32,000 bases of DNA from Ktedonobacterales bacterium (GTDB lineage Bacteria; Chloroflexota; Ktedonobacteria; Ktedonobacterales; JADMIN01), in NCBI GenBank assembly GCA_030167145.1, contig CP126532.1:4410001-4442000 (forward strand), read 5' to 3'. Below, piece by piece: positions 8,886 to 17,515 of the stretch; position 1 is the first letter of the stretch; each line of letters begins with the position of its first letter. The notes under the pieces are model-generated. The model was given only the letters and a program-made list of their open reading frames with translations, had not been told where the DNA came from and ran no database searches. A program made the translations under genes and the position numbers.

Positions 8886-9141
8886 TTGTCCACCTTCATC
8901 TGACAGGCTCTATCAAGCCAACGAACTATGTAACATAGTGATAGTTTATCAGACGATGCAGGCACCGTCAATCAACTACCCGGACAGTAGACAATTGCCG
9001 CGCACCCACGAAGCAGTGCCTGCGTACCTGCGGCCAGAGCAGATGGTTTTGGGCATACACATATAGAGGCGGATAGTGGGGTGATAAGGCAGAGGTTAGG
9101 GCGATACAACAGATGCGCGTGAGTGCCCATAAAATACAAGG

Positions 9142-9214
9142 TGAGGCCGGCGGGACTCGAACCCGCGACACGAGGCTTAAAAGGCCCCTGCTCTGCCAAC
9201 TGAGCTACGGCCCC
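9142..9214 (-). tRNA. tRNA-Lys (anticodon UUU)
   Basis: The reverse complement folds by hand into a cloverleaf. Acceptor GGGGCCG/CGGCCTC; D arm GCTC-AGTTGGCA-GAGC; anticodon arm GGGGC-CTTTTAA-GCCTC (anticodon TTT); variable GTGTC; T arm GCGGG-TTCGAGT-CCCGC; discriminator A. Genomic bases after the discriminator are CCT, so the CCA end is not fully encoded. Confidence 0.93.
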
Positions 9215-9246
9215 GTAATGGGGAGCGGCGAACACGCCACCAAAGC

Positions 9247-9276
9247 AGCATAGCACGCGGCACGGGTCTCTCGCAA
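9247..9276 (-). promoter_or_regulatory. Possible tRNA-Lys promoter: TTGCGA, 18-nt spacer, TATGCT
   Basis: The minus strand reads TTGCGA (9276-9271) and TATGCT (9252-9247), about 30 nt upstream of the tRNA 5' end. Confidence 0.35.
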
Positions 9277-9466
9277 GCGCAAAGCTCAGCGTTGCCACGT
9301 TGTTGCGGCGGTTAAGGAATGAGGAATCTGCATGTGATAGACTAAAGGCAGCCTCAGCGGTGACAGTGTACACACACTGCAAAGGCGCGGTTTGGTGAGG
9401 CGCTGGGATGCGCTAGATATAGAACAGAGAAGCGTGGGCATGCGCGGATGAGGAGGGCGGTTAGTT

Positions 9467-10513
9467 ATGCACTGGTTTGGCAATTCGCGTGATGAGCGGC
9501 AGGGAGCGCCCGCGGCAGTGAGTGATGTGGAGGCATTGGATGCCTACTCGAAGAGCGTCGTCAATGTCGTTAATCGCGTTGGTCCGGCAGTGGTGCAGGT
9601 TGGTGTCACCAAAACAGTCGCGGAGCCTGGAATGGGCGGTGTGCTGCGGCGCGAGGCGCAGGGCGCGGGATCTGGCGTCATCTTCGCGCCCGATGGCTAC
9701 ATCCTGACCAACGCGCATGTGGTAGATGGCGCGCGGCGCATCACCGTGACGCTGGCCGACGGCGCCGACCTCGAAGGCACCGTCGTCGGCGTGGACCAGG
9801 AGACCGATGTAGCGGTGGTACGTATCACGCCACCCGCAGGAAAAACGCTCCCCGCCGCGACACTCGGCGACTCAGATGCGCTCCAGGTGGGGCAACTCGT
9901 CGTCGCCATCGGCAGTCCGGCGGGCTTGCAGAGTACCGTGACCTCCGGCATCATCAGTGCGCTGCATCGCACCATCCCCAGCTACGGTGGGCGACAGGTC
10001 GAAGACATCATCCAGACCGACGCGGCCATCAATCCCGGCAACTCCGGTGGACCGCTGGTGAATAGCAAGTGCGAAGTGATTGGCTTGAATGTGGCGACAC
10101 TGCAAAGTACGCAGGGTCTCTCCTTCGCGGTGCCGATCAACACCGTCAAGTGGGTCGCCTCGGCGCTGATGCGCGAAGGCGTGGTGCGACGCGCGGCGCT
10201 CGGCATCGCCGGACAGACCGGCATGCTCCCGCAATCGCTGCGGCGCGGCCTGCATATCGAAAAGCCAACGGCGGTAGAGGTGGTGCAGATCGTGGGTGGT
10301 GGGCCAGCGGAGCAGGCGGGCATGCGACCCGGCGACGTGATCTACAAGATCAACGATCATGCCATCGGCTCCGTAGACGATATTCGCGCATCGCTCGAAC
10401 GGCTCGGCGACGGCGCTACCGTGCATGTCGGGCTGATCCGCATGACACGCGATGGGCCACGCGCGGGCGAAGCGACGGTGGTGGTGCGGCTGGCAGGCAA
10501 ACAGGGACGCTAA
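9467..10513 (+). CDS. HtrA/DegP-like S1C serine protease with a C-terminal PDZ domain
   Basis: Catalytic triad contexts TNAHVV (His), DVAVV (Asp) and GNSGGPL (Ser), followed by a PDZ-like segment (LGI..Q........GL......V..V..GGPAEQAGMRPGDVI..IN). GAGGAGGG lies upstream of the ATG. Confidence 0.9.
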   Translation: MHWFGNSRDERQGAPAAVSDVEALDAYSKSVVNVVNRVGPAVVQVGVTKTVAEPGMGGVLRREAQGAGSGVIFAPDGYILTNAHVVDGARRITVTLADGADLEGTVVGVDQETDVAVVRITPPAGKTLPAATLGDSDALQVGQLVVAIGSPAGLQSTVTSGIISALHRTIPSYGGRQVEDIIQTDAAINPGNSGGPLVNSKCEVIGLNVATLQSTQGLSFAVPINTVKWVASALMREGVVRRAALGIAGQTGMLPQSLRRGLHIEKPTAVEVVQIVGGGPAEQAGMRPGDVIYKINDHAIGSVDDIRASLERLGDGATVHVGLIRMTRDGPRAGEATVVVRLAGKQGR

Positions 10514-10532
10514 ACCTGCTTGCATAGCCTGC

Positions 10533-10555
10533 GCCAGCACACCTGACCTGCTGGC
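10533..10555. terminator. Hairpin between the convergent htrA-like and oxidoreductase genes
   Basis: GCCAGCA (10533-10539), 9-nt loop, TGCTGGC (10549-10555). No U-tract. Confidence 0.35.
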
Positions 10556-10582
10556 CGCATCTAGTCCATGCTGCTAGCCTGC

Positions 10583-11596
10583 TCAGGACCCGCTGGTGTC
10601 GCTGACTTGGCTGACAGTCAGGACAACGTTCCCTACTTTCTGCTGCGTCTCGACATATGTGGTTGCCTCGATCACCTGCTCCCACGGGTAGCAGCGGTCA
10701 ATGACCGCGCGGTATTTCCCCGCCTCGATCAACTCTTTGAGGAAGCGGATATCCTGCTGTCGGTAGTGTGGCGGCACATCGGACACCACTCGTTTGTCTC
10801 CGATCCGCGCGGTCCACGCGACCCAGAACACGTTCGCCCACCCATCCGTGGGGATATATTTGCCACCCTGCGCGAGGGAGCTGCGGCAGCGCCGGAACGA
10901 GTGCTTGCCGACCGCGTCGAAGATGACGTCGTACAGGTGGCCGTTCTTCGTAAAGTCCTCCTGCGTGTAGTCAATGACCTCGTCGGCGCCAAGCGACTGT
11001 ATAAGCGCGACGTTCTTCGTGCCGCACACGGCGGTGACGTGCGCGTCGAAGGACAGCTTGGCCAATTGCACACCAGCAGTGCCGATGGAGCCAGATGCGC
11101 CGTAGATGAGAATCTTCTGCCCCTGCCGCAGCCCTACCCGTCGCAAGCACCCAAGGGCCAGAATAGCTCCATCACAGACCGCCGCCGCTTCCTCGAAAGT
11201 CATGTTGGTCGGCATCTGCGCCAGCGGGGCGCGCTCCCGCATGCAAACGTACTCCGCATGTGCGCCGAAGTGGCCGGCATTGACGCCGAAGACGCGGTCA
11301 CCAACCTTGAACTGGCTGACCGCCGCGCCGACCGCCGCGACCTCGCCGGCCAGTTCTGTGCCGAGGATCCGCTGCGTCGGCCGTCGGAGCGCCGCAAAAG
11401 GATTGCCTGTCGTCACAATTGAGTAGCCGAGTCGGGTGATGAAGTCCTCGCCGCCGCGGATGGCGCAGTCGGTCCGGTTGACCGTCGTGGCGTGGACCGT
11501 GACCAGGATCTCGTCCTGTTTGGGGATGGGTGGCTCAACGTCTTCGATACGCAGGACGTCCGGCGGCCCGTAGCGGTCATAGACAACTGCTCTCAT
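10583..11596 (-). CDS. NAD(P)H-dependent MDR-family oxidoreductase (zinc-type alcohol dehydrogenase / quinone oxidoreductase-like)
   Basis: 337 aa. MRAVVYDRYGPPDVLRIEDVEPP.P...ILV.V.A..VN..D, a nucleotide-binding YGASGSIGTAGVQLAK motif, and the C-terminal GKVVL pattern (here GNVVL). Confidence 0.9.
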   Translation of the reverse strand: MRAVVYDRYGPPDVLRIEDVEPPIPKQDEILVTVHATTVNRTDCAIRGGEDFITRLGYSIVTTGNPFAALRRPTQRILGTELAGEVAAVGAAVSQFKVGDRVFGVNAGHFGAHAEYVCMRERAPLAQMPTNMTFEEAAAVCDGAILALGCLRRVGLRQGQKILIYGASGSIGTAGVQLAKLSFDAHVTAVCGTKNVALIQSLGADEVIDYTQEDFTKNGHLYDVIFDAVGKHSFRRCRSSLAQGGKYIPTDGWANVFWVAWTARIGDKRVVSDVPPHYRQQDIRFLKELIEAGKYRAVIDRCYPWEQVIEATTYVETQQKVGNVVLTVSQVSDTSGS

Positions 11597-11623
11597 TGGT
11601 TGCCCGTCGCTTTCTTATTCCTT

Positions 11624-11651
11624 GTTCTGGATTCACGGTTCCGGATTCACG
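11624..11651. repeat. Two tandem 14-bp direct repeats upstream of the oxidoreductase gene
   Basis: gttctggattcacg (11624-11637) and gttccggattcacg (11638-11651), with 13/14 identity. They lie 28-55 nt upstream of the ATG at 11596 (minus-strand gene). Confidence 0.9.
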
Positions 11652-11721
11652 AAACCTGGTACGATGGCACGTTACGATTACCAAGGCAGAATCCGTAGTG
11701 TGCGATGGATAGTCCAGCCGC

Positions 11722-12933
11722 TCAGCATTCGTTGGTATCACTCGCTTGCGTCGGCCAGATGTCGAAGACAAAGTGGCGGCGGACCAGACGGTGCGCGCCC
11801 AGAGGCGGCGCAGCCGTCGCCGTGCCGCGCGGCCTCGCCGCGATACGCCAGTTTTCGATAGCGCCCGTGCGCTGGTCCTTCAGTGTCTCGCGCGCCGCCT
11901 CCACTGCTACCTCAGCCGCCACACCACCATATGCCAGCGCCAGCGGCAGGCGCGGCGCGAACAGCACCAGCGATGGGCCATCCGCGCCTTCGGCGTAGAT
12001 GCCCCAGCGTGGCAGCGCACGCCGCTTGCGAAACGGCTGCTCCGGAGGGCTGAGCGTCACCAGGCGGTGGCCGAGCAGGCCAATGTAGGGCACGAGTTGC
12101 ACGCCAGGGAACGCCCAGAACCGGCGGCGCGGACGTGTGGCGAGGAGCCGCGCTACTGGTTCGGCGATGTCAGCCGCGCGGTCAGTGAAAAGCTTGCGCC
12201 CGTTTGGCAGCGCCACCCAGCGCTCGTCGCCCGCCTCGGCGCCGCGCAGCCGCATGAAGCCACAGGGCGCGAGCGAGAGGCCGAGCAGTCCGCCATCCTG
12301 TTTGCGAAATGCGACGCTCGCCTCCACACTACCCAGCCACAGTGGCAACACCAGCACGCCGTCGGCGGCAAGCTGCTCGACCCATGCGGGCGCGACATCC
12401 GCCGCGCCGACGGTCAGGATGATCCGGTCGTAGGGCGCGCCGTCCCGCCAGCCAGCCGCGCCATCAGCCGCGATGGCGCCCACCCGCGAGTAGCCTGCGG
12501 CTGTCAGATGCTCGACAGCCTCCGCGACAATCACGGGATCAATATCCAGCGAGATGACCGAGCCGCCAGCGCCGACCAGTTCGGCAAGCAATGCAGCATT
12601 ATAGCCGGTTCCCGCGCCAACCTCCAGCACGCGCATCCCTGGCTCGACCCGCAACTGCTGGAGCATGATAGCGACGATAGCTGGCTGCGAGGCCGAACTG
12701 ACCGCGATACCGCCTTCCCAGTGGGTTGCAACGGCGATGTCGGCATACGCTTGATCCAGCGCAATGCCCGGCAAGAAGAGATGTCGCGGTACGGTTCGCA
12801 GCGCGCGTTCGACCTCAGCATCGGTGACCGTACCGGCAGCGACGAGCAGATCTACCATACGCTGGCGCAGGACGGCTGGCTCCTCTGGTTGCGCGGGGGT
12901 GTCCTGTGATCGCCCATCGCCAGCGGGTCGCAT
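11722..12933 (-). CDS. Long-form protein-L-isoaspartate O-methyltransferase (PIMT/Pcm) homolog with a C-terminal extension of about 190 aa
   Basis: 403 aa. PIMT motifs: TVPRHLFLP, SSASQPAIVAIMLQQL, VLEVGAGTGYNAALLAELVG, VISLDID, PYDRIILTVGAADVAPAWVEQLAADGVLVLPL. About 190 further residues follow with no motif I recognise. The ATG is 12 nt after the purL stop, and GAGGA lies in that gap. Confidence 0.85.
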   Translation of the reverse strand: MRPAGDGRSQDTPAQPEEPAVLRQRMVDLLVAAGTVTDAEVERALRTVPRHLFLPGIALDQAYADIAVATHWEGGIAVSSASQPAIVAIMLQQLRVEPGMRVLEVGAGTGYNAALLAELVGAGGSVISLDIDPVIVAEAVEHLTAAGYSRVGAIAADGAAGWRDGAPYDRIILTVGAADVAPAWVEQLAADGVLVLPLWLGSVEASVAFRKQDGGLLGLSLAPCGFMRLRGAEAGDERWVALPNGRKLFTDRAADIAEPVARLLATRPRRRFWAFPGVQLVPYIGLLGHRLVTLSPPEQPFRKRRALPRWGIYAEGADGPSLVLFAPRLPLALAYGGVAAEVAVEAARETLKDQRTGAIENWRIAARPRGTATAAPPLGAHRLVRRHFVFDIWPTQASDTNEC

Positions 12934-12945
12934 GCGCTTGTCCTC

Positions 12946-15258
12946 TCACTCCATCACTGGCACGCCCGCCCCAAGCGCTCGCGACAACCCGTTGCGCCAT
13001 GCGGCATGTAGCTCAGCAGCGGGCACATCCAGCAGCGGCGACAGGGCAAGCCGGTCGCCAGCGACGACGCCCATCCGCGTGACTGGAACGCCAGCGGCCT
13101 TGGCGCGTGTCAGTACTTCATCTTCGGCTTCCGGCGCGAGCGAGACAACGATCCGCGACGGCGCTTCGCCGAAGAGCAGCGCAACGGCTTCCAGTGGCGC
13201 AGCCGTCTCCGCGAGTTGCCCGCGCAGGCCAAGCCCCGACCAGATGCAGCATTCGGCCAGCGCGACGGCCAGCCCGCCATCGGAGCAGTCGTGTGCGGAA
13301 CGGATCAGACCGGCGGCGATAGTGTCAAGCGTCAGCCGTTGCAGCGTCCGCTCGCGGTCCAGGTCCAGTGTGGGCGGGCGACCGGCGACAGTATCGTAGA
13401 GCGCGGCGAGATAGGCGCTGCCGCCGAGTGTGGCCAGATCACGCGAGGCGTCGCCCAGCAGCACCACGACATCGCCTTCGCGCTGAAACGCGCTGGGCGT
13501 TGGCGCGCGGCCCTCGATTAACCCGACCATACCAACGACCGGAGTGGGATAGATAGCCTTGCCGAAGCTCTCATTGTACAGGCTGACATTGCCGGAGATC
13601 ACCGGCGTTTCTAGGGCGTGGGCAGCAGCGGCCATGCCGTCTATCGCCTGCGCGAGTTGATAATAGACATCGAGCTTTTCTGGATTGCCAAAGTTGAGGC
13701 AGTTAGTGAGGGCCAGTGGCGTTGCGCCAGAGCAGACACAGTTGCGCGCGGCCTCGGCCACGGCGAGCGCGCCGCCATTGAACGGATCGAGATAGGTCAG
13801 GCGCCCATTGCCGTCGGTGCAGACGGCAATCGCTTTGCCCGTATCATGATCGCTGGCGTCGCGCACCCGCAGCACGGCGGCGTCGCTGCCAGGGCCAATA
13901 ACGGTATTCGAGCCCACCATCGTGTCGTAGGTGCGGTAGACATCCTCGCGCGAAGAGAGGTCAGGCGACGCGAGCAGGCGCAGCAGCGCATCATGCGCTG
14001 TAGGAAGGCGCGCGGCGAGCGAAGTCATATCAAAGCGCCACAGATCGTCGAGCGCGTCTGGGCGTTCGCCCTCGCGGATGTAGGCGGGAACAGCATCGGT
14101 TAGCAGCGTCGTCGGCACGTCCGCCACGACCTGTACACCCTCGCGGACACGAATCACTGGCTCGGCGATCACCTGGCCGATGACCTCAGAATGCAGACCC
14201 CAGCGGGCGAAAAGCGCGCGCACGTCTTCTTCATGCCCATCTCTGGCGATGACGAGCATGCGTTCCTGCGATTCGGAGAGCATGATGTCGTAGGGCGTCA
14301 TACCGGCTTCACGACGCGGAACACGCAGCACATCCAGGTCAATGCCAGAGTTGCCTTTGTGGGCGCTCTCGACGGTGGAGCTGGTCATTCCCGCCGCGCC
14401 GAGATCCTGCATGCCGACGATCCAGCCCTTGTCGCGCAGTTCGAGGCAGGCTTCCATCAGCAGCTTTTCGGTGAAGGGGTTGCCCACCTGCACAGCGGGG
14501 CGCCGCTCTTCGGAGGCTTCATCCAGTTCGACGGAGGCGAATGTCGCGCCGTGGATGCCGTCGCGGCCCGTGGATGCGCCGACAACCAGCACCGGATTGC
14601 CCGCGCCCTCAGCACGGGCGGGAATGAGCGTATTCGTTTCGATGAGTCCGACACACATCGCATTCACCAGGGGGTTGCCGCTGTAGCTGGCGTCGAAGTA
14701 GATCTCGCCGCCGACGGTGGGGATGCCGAGGCAATTGCCATAGCCGCCGACGCCGCCGACAATGCCCCGGAAGAGATAGCGGTTGCGCGGCTCGCTGAGC
14801 GGGCCAAAGCGCAGCGAATCGAGCAGGGCGATAGGGCGCGCGCCCATCGTGAAGATGTCGCGTACAATGCCGCCAACTCCCGTCGCCGCGCCCTGATACG
14901 GCTCGATGGCGCTGGGGTGGTTGTGGCTCTCGATCTTCATGACCACGGCCAGGCCGTCGCCAATATCCACCGCGCCCGCATTCTCCGCGCCCGCCTTGAG
15001 CAGCACACGCGCGCCATTGACCGGAAAACGCTTGAGCAGCGGGCGGCTATTTTTGTAGCCGCAGTGCTCGCTCCACATTGCGCCGAAGAGGCCCAGTTCG
15101 AGCCGGTTGGGCACGCGGCCAAGCAGGCGCACGATCTCTGTGTATTCATCGCGGGTCAGCGCCACTTCATCCAGCGCACGCTGATCTATGGTGAGTGGGT
15201 CGTTGGCTGCGTTGTGTGGGGTGGCGGCGTTCGTCGTCGGTGCGGAATCGGCGGGCAC
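12946..15258 (-). CDS. purL: Phosphoribosylformylglycinamidine synthase subunit PurL
   Basis: LELGLFGAMWSEHCGYKNS, ESHNHPS, GAATGVGGIVRDIF, two AIR-synthase-like repeats. Start set to GTG 15258 (VPADSAP...), which is in frame with the track ORF. AGGAG (15269-15265) lies 6 nt upstream, and there is no ATG between the track start and the conserved core. This gives 770 aa, typical of PurL. Confidence 0.9.
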   Translation of the reverse strand: MPADSAPTTNAATPHNAANDPLTIDQRALDEVALTRDEYTEIVRLLGRVPNRLELGLFGAMWSEHCGYKNSRPLLKRFPVNGARVLLKAGAENAGAVDIGDGLAVVMKIESHNHPSAIEPYQGAATGVGGIVRDIFTMGARPIALLDSLRFGPLSEPRNRYLFRGIVGGVGGYGNCLGIPTVGGEIYFDASYSGNPLVNAMCVGLIETNTLIPARAEGAGNPVLVVGASTGRDGIHGATFASVELDEASEERRPAVQVGNPFTEKLLMEACLELRDKGWIVGMQDLGAAGMTSSTVESAHKGNSGIDLDVLRVPRREAGMTPYDIMLSESQERMLVIARDGHEEDVRALFARWGLHSEVIGQVIAEPVIRVREGVQVVADVPTTLLTDAVPAYIREGERPDALDDLWRFDMTSLAARLPTAHDALLRLLASPDLSSREDVYRTYDTMVGSNTVIGPGSDAAVLRVRDASDHDTGKAIAVCTDGNGRLTYLDPFNGGALAVAEAARNCVCSGATPLALTNCLNFGNPEKLDVYYQLAQAIDGMAAAAHALETPVISGNVSLYNESFGKAIYPTPVVGMVGLIEGRAPTPSAFQREGDVVVLLGDASRDLATLGGSAYLAALYDTVAGRPPTLDLDRERTLQRLTLDTIAAGLIRSAHDCSDGGLAVALAECCIWSGLGLRGQLAETAAPLEAVALLFGEAPSRIVVSLAPEAEDEVLTRAKAAGVPVTRMGVVAGDRLALSPLLDVPAAELHAAWRNGLSRALGAGVPVME

Positions 15259-15315
15259 GGTGCGCTCCTGGCCACGAGGGCGATAGGTATGAGGTGTCTC
15301 GCTGACACAAGAATG

Positions 15316-15324
15316 ATTATACCA
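15316..15324 (-). promoter_or_regulatory. Extended -10 element TGGTATAAT upstream of purL
   Basis: The minus strand reads TGGTATAATC, about 58 nt upstream of the proposed GTG. No good -35 is present. The identical 10-mer occurs upstream of nuoA (434-425). Confidence 0.45.
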
Positions 15325-15452
15325 GCAGCGAAGGCAATCCTCATTCCCGCCACATCGCCCAATCCAGAGTGGCGGAATCTGGTGGCTGGCCCATATAATC
15401 GGTGAGGCGCAGAGATGAGCAGCATCGGTGTGTGTCGTTCGCTTGTCGCAGC

Positions 15453-15481
15453 TTGACACAACGCCATGTCTTGTTTATCAT
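15453..15481 (+). promoter_or_regulatory. Near-consensus promoter: TTGACA, 17-nt spacer, TATCAT
   Basis: TTGACA at 15453-15458 and TATCAT at 15476-15481. It faces the MEDS gene and implies a leader of about 200 nt. Confidence 0.5.
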
Positions 15482-15691
15482 AAAGCGCCAGAAGGCTTCC
15501 TCCGTGTGGCGGGGGTGAGCGTGCGCGCTCCAGGGCAAGTTCGCCAGGTGCCGCGCATATTCGTTGTTGTGAGATTTCACGGGTGAACGGGTGCGGCTGC
15601 TGCCAGCCACTGGCATGGCAGAAGCACTCACCGAGTCAGAAGCGGGGGCGCGAGACACGGTCCCTTCACCCTCGTGAGCGGAGGTAAGAGC

Positions 15692-16339
15692 ATGGATTTG
15701 AGCGTCGAGGGGAAATCAGAACGGATTCCGCCAGGGTCGCACATCCTCCAGCTATACAACAAGGTGAACGAGATCGCGGGAGTGACGGCCCGATTGTTGA
15801 GCGTGGGGCTGACCTCGTCTGAGAAGTGCCTCTTCGCGGGCACCGAGGCGACGGTGGAAGAGATCGCACAGGCGCTGACCAAAGAGGGCATAGACATTAC
15901 CGCCGCGCAAGAAGCGGGACAACTGGTGCTGACCTCTGACCGTGAGGCCTTCCTCGTCAATCATCGTTTTGATCCCTACCATCTTCTCTCCACCCATCAA
16001 ACCTTTATCGCCCAGGCATTGCGCGAAAGCTGGACGGCGGTCCGCATCTCAATTGATATGTCGTGGCTGACGAGTGAAGTGGCCACACCGGAGGCAGTGC
16101 TCAAGTACGAAGCGGCTTCGGATGCGGTCTTCACGTTCCAGAATGCGCCGATCATCGCGCTGATGCACTACGACTATTCCAAGCTACCAGGGCAGTTGGT
16201 GGTGGAAATGCTGAAACTGCACCCCATCGCCGTCGTAGGCAAGTTCATCAAGCGCAATCCGTACTATCTGAACTCCGAGCAATATTTGCTGAAGATCCTG
16301 CGGGTGAATCGCGAAAAGGGGCGAGTCGTGGCGATGTAG
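15692..16339 (+). CDS. MEDS domain protein (stand-alone)
   Basis: PGSHILQLY....E.......LL..GL...EKCLF.G......I..AL...GID......AGQLVL ... RISIDMSWL ... LKYEA..D.VF......IALMHYD......G.LVVEMLKLHP. This matches the MEDS (DcmR-like sensory) domain pattern end to end. ATG 15692 follows GGAGG (15680-15684). Confidence 0.8.
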   Translation: MDLSVEGKSERIPPGSHILQLYNKVNEIAGVTARLLSVGLTSSEKCLFAGTEATVEEIAQALTKEGIDITAAQEAGQLVLTSDREAFLVNHRFDPYHLLSTHQTFIAQALRESWTAVRISIDMSWLTSEVATPEAVLKYEAASDAVFTFQNAPIIALMHYDYSKLPGQLVVEMLKLHPIAVVGKFIKRNPYYLNSEQYLLKILRVNREKGRVVAM

Positions 16340-16478
16340 CCGCGACAACTCCGCGCGCAAGCAGCGCGATGCTGTGGCAGCGATGCCGTGACGATGTAGT
16401 GGCGGGCGCAACGAGTGCGCCGCCGGAATAGCCGCGTGTGTATGATTGAGAGGATGCGGGCGCGGGCCGCGATAGACT

Positions 16479-16973
16479 ATGCCCAAAACGCCCAAGCAGC
16501 GAACAGTTCAGGCTTTTTCGGCGGGCGGTGTGCTGTTCCGGCGCGTCGTGGGCGCAAGTAGTGACGCACAGGAGCCAGAGGCCACGACGATGAGCGCCCA
16601 GCATCAGGTGGAAATTGTGCTGGTAGGTCGGGCAAGCGAGAACTTCTGGGTGCTGCCGAAGGGGACGCCGAAAGCAGGCGAGACCCGCGAGCAAGTGGCG
16701 CTGCGCGAGGTGAGCGAAGAGACTGGCGTCACCGGGCGAATTCTGGGAGAGATTGGCAGCATCCACTACTCGTTCGCACGCAAGGGCACGCGCTTCAATA
16801 AGGAAGTGCTCTACTATCTGATGGAAGCGACCGGCGGGGATGTGTCGCTACATGACCACGAGTATGATGATGCGGGATGGTTTCCGCTCACGCAAGTCCC
16901 ATCATTACTGGCCTACGCCAATGAGGCCGAACTCGTGACACGCGCCGCCGCGATGATTTCGGCGCGCGGATGA
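16479..16973 (+). CDS. NUDIX hydrolase
   Basis: Nudix box: LPKGTPKAGETREQVALREVSEETGV (GX5EX7REUXEEXGU pattern). 164 aa. Confidence 0.9.
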   Translation: MPKTPKQRTVQAFSAGGVLFRRVVGASSDAQEPEATTMSAQHQVEIVLVGRASENFWVLPKGTPKAGETREQVALREVSEETGVTGRILGEIGSIHYSFARKGTRFNKEVLYYLMEATGGDVSLHDHEYDDAGWFPLTQVPSLLAYANEAELVTRAAAMISARG

Positions 16974-17050
16974 TCGCGCAGACCCGCGTCATACGCGCCG
17001 TGGGGTAGTCCGGCGACGCATACCACGCGGGCCTTACGGCGGCTGAGCGC

Positions 17051-17257
17051 TCACGAGCGATTCGATGCGGAGAGCGCCAGCTCACCAACCAGATCCTGAA
17101 TTTCGCGCAACTTACGCTCGGCAAGCTCAACGTTCTCCAGCGCCTGCGCCAGAATGCGCTCTTCGAGCGTGGCGAAGGACTCCTCGATTTCGGGATCAAG
17201 GCGGTTGTCAAGCAATTCGAGTGCGCGCGAGAGCCGTCCGTCCAACACAGAGGTCAT
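17051..17257 (-). CDS. Small hypothetical coiled-coil protein (68 aa)
   Basis: MTSVLDGRLSRALELLDNRLDPEIEESFATLEERILAQALENVELAERKLREIQDLVGEL. It has heptad-like acidic helices, and GAGGTG lies 8 nt upstream of the ATG. No family recognised. Confidence 0.55.
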   Translation of the reverse strand: MTSVLDGRLSRALELLDNRLDPEIEESFATLEERILAQALENVELAERKLREIQDLVGELALSASNRS

Positions 17258-17515
17258 TACCGTGTCACCTCAACCATAGTGTTGCCTGAGGGAGGAGCCT
17301 GTGCTTCTCCATGACTCGCCAATCTATCGCCACGCCCGCCTGTATGGGAGCGCAAACGTCACTCAAGCGCCTGAATCGCGACCTTTTCGTTGCCACTGCG
17401 TCCGTGCTATCACCTATTCTAACGGCTCTCGCGTCATGCTGTCTAGCGTCTTCGCTTGCCATTTCGCCATGTCGTGTGAGATTGACACAACCGGCCTAGC
17501 CAGGACGGGGCAGTG

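Noticed and set aside
6120-9214. Calling the tRNA-Lys-adjacent block a mobile or integrative element
   Set aside because: No integrase, excisionase, transposase or conjugation genes are present. I could not find a direct repeat of the tRNA 3' end (ggtgaggccggcgggactcgaa) at the distal boundary. Only the compositional observation is kept.
14191-15405. 404-aa plus-strand ORF, with similar long antisense ORFs at 11746..12909, 3420..4391, 30755..31633, 566..1297, 2104..2805, 9872..10540, 10568..11422, 20130..20855 and 25769..26386
   Set aside because: Each lies exactly opposite a gene with strong family motifs (purL, PIMT, cysS, DJ-1 and others). Their translations are Arg/Ala/Gly/Pro-rich with no recognisable motifs. 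These are typical stop-poor shadow frames in high-GC DNA.
15259-15459. Longer purL N-terminus (track start 15459)
   Set aside because: The extra 67 codons contain Cys/Trp-rich sequence unlike PurL. They would also bury the TGGTATAAT promoter element and the AGGAG SD inside the coding sequence. GTG 15258 gives a PurL of typical length.
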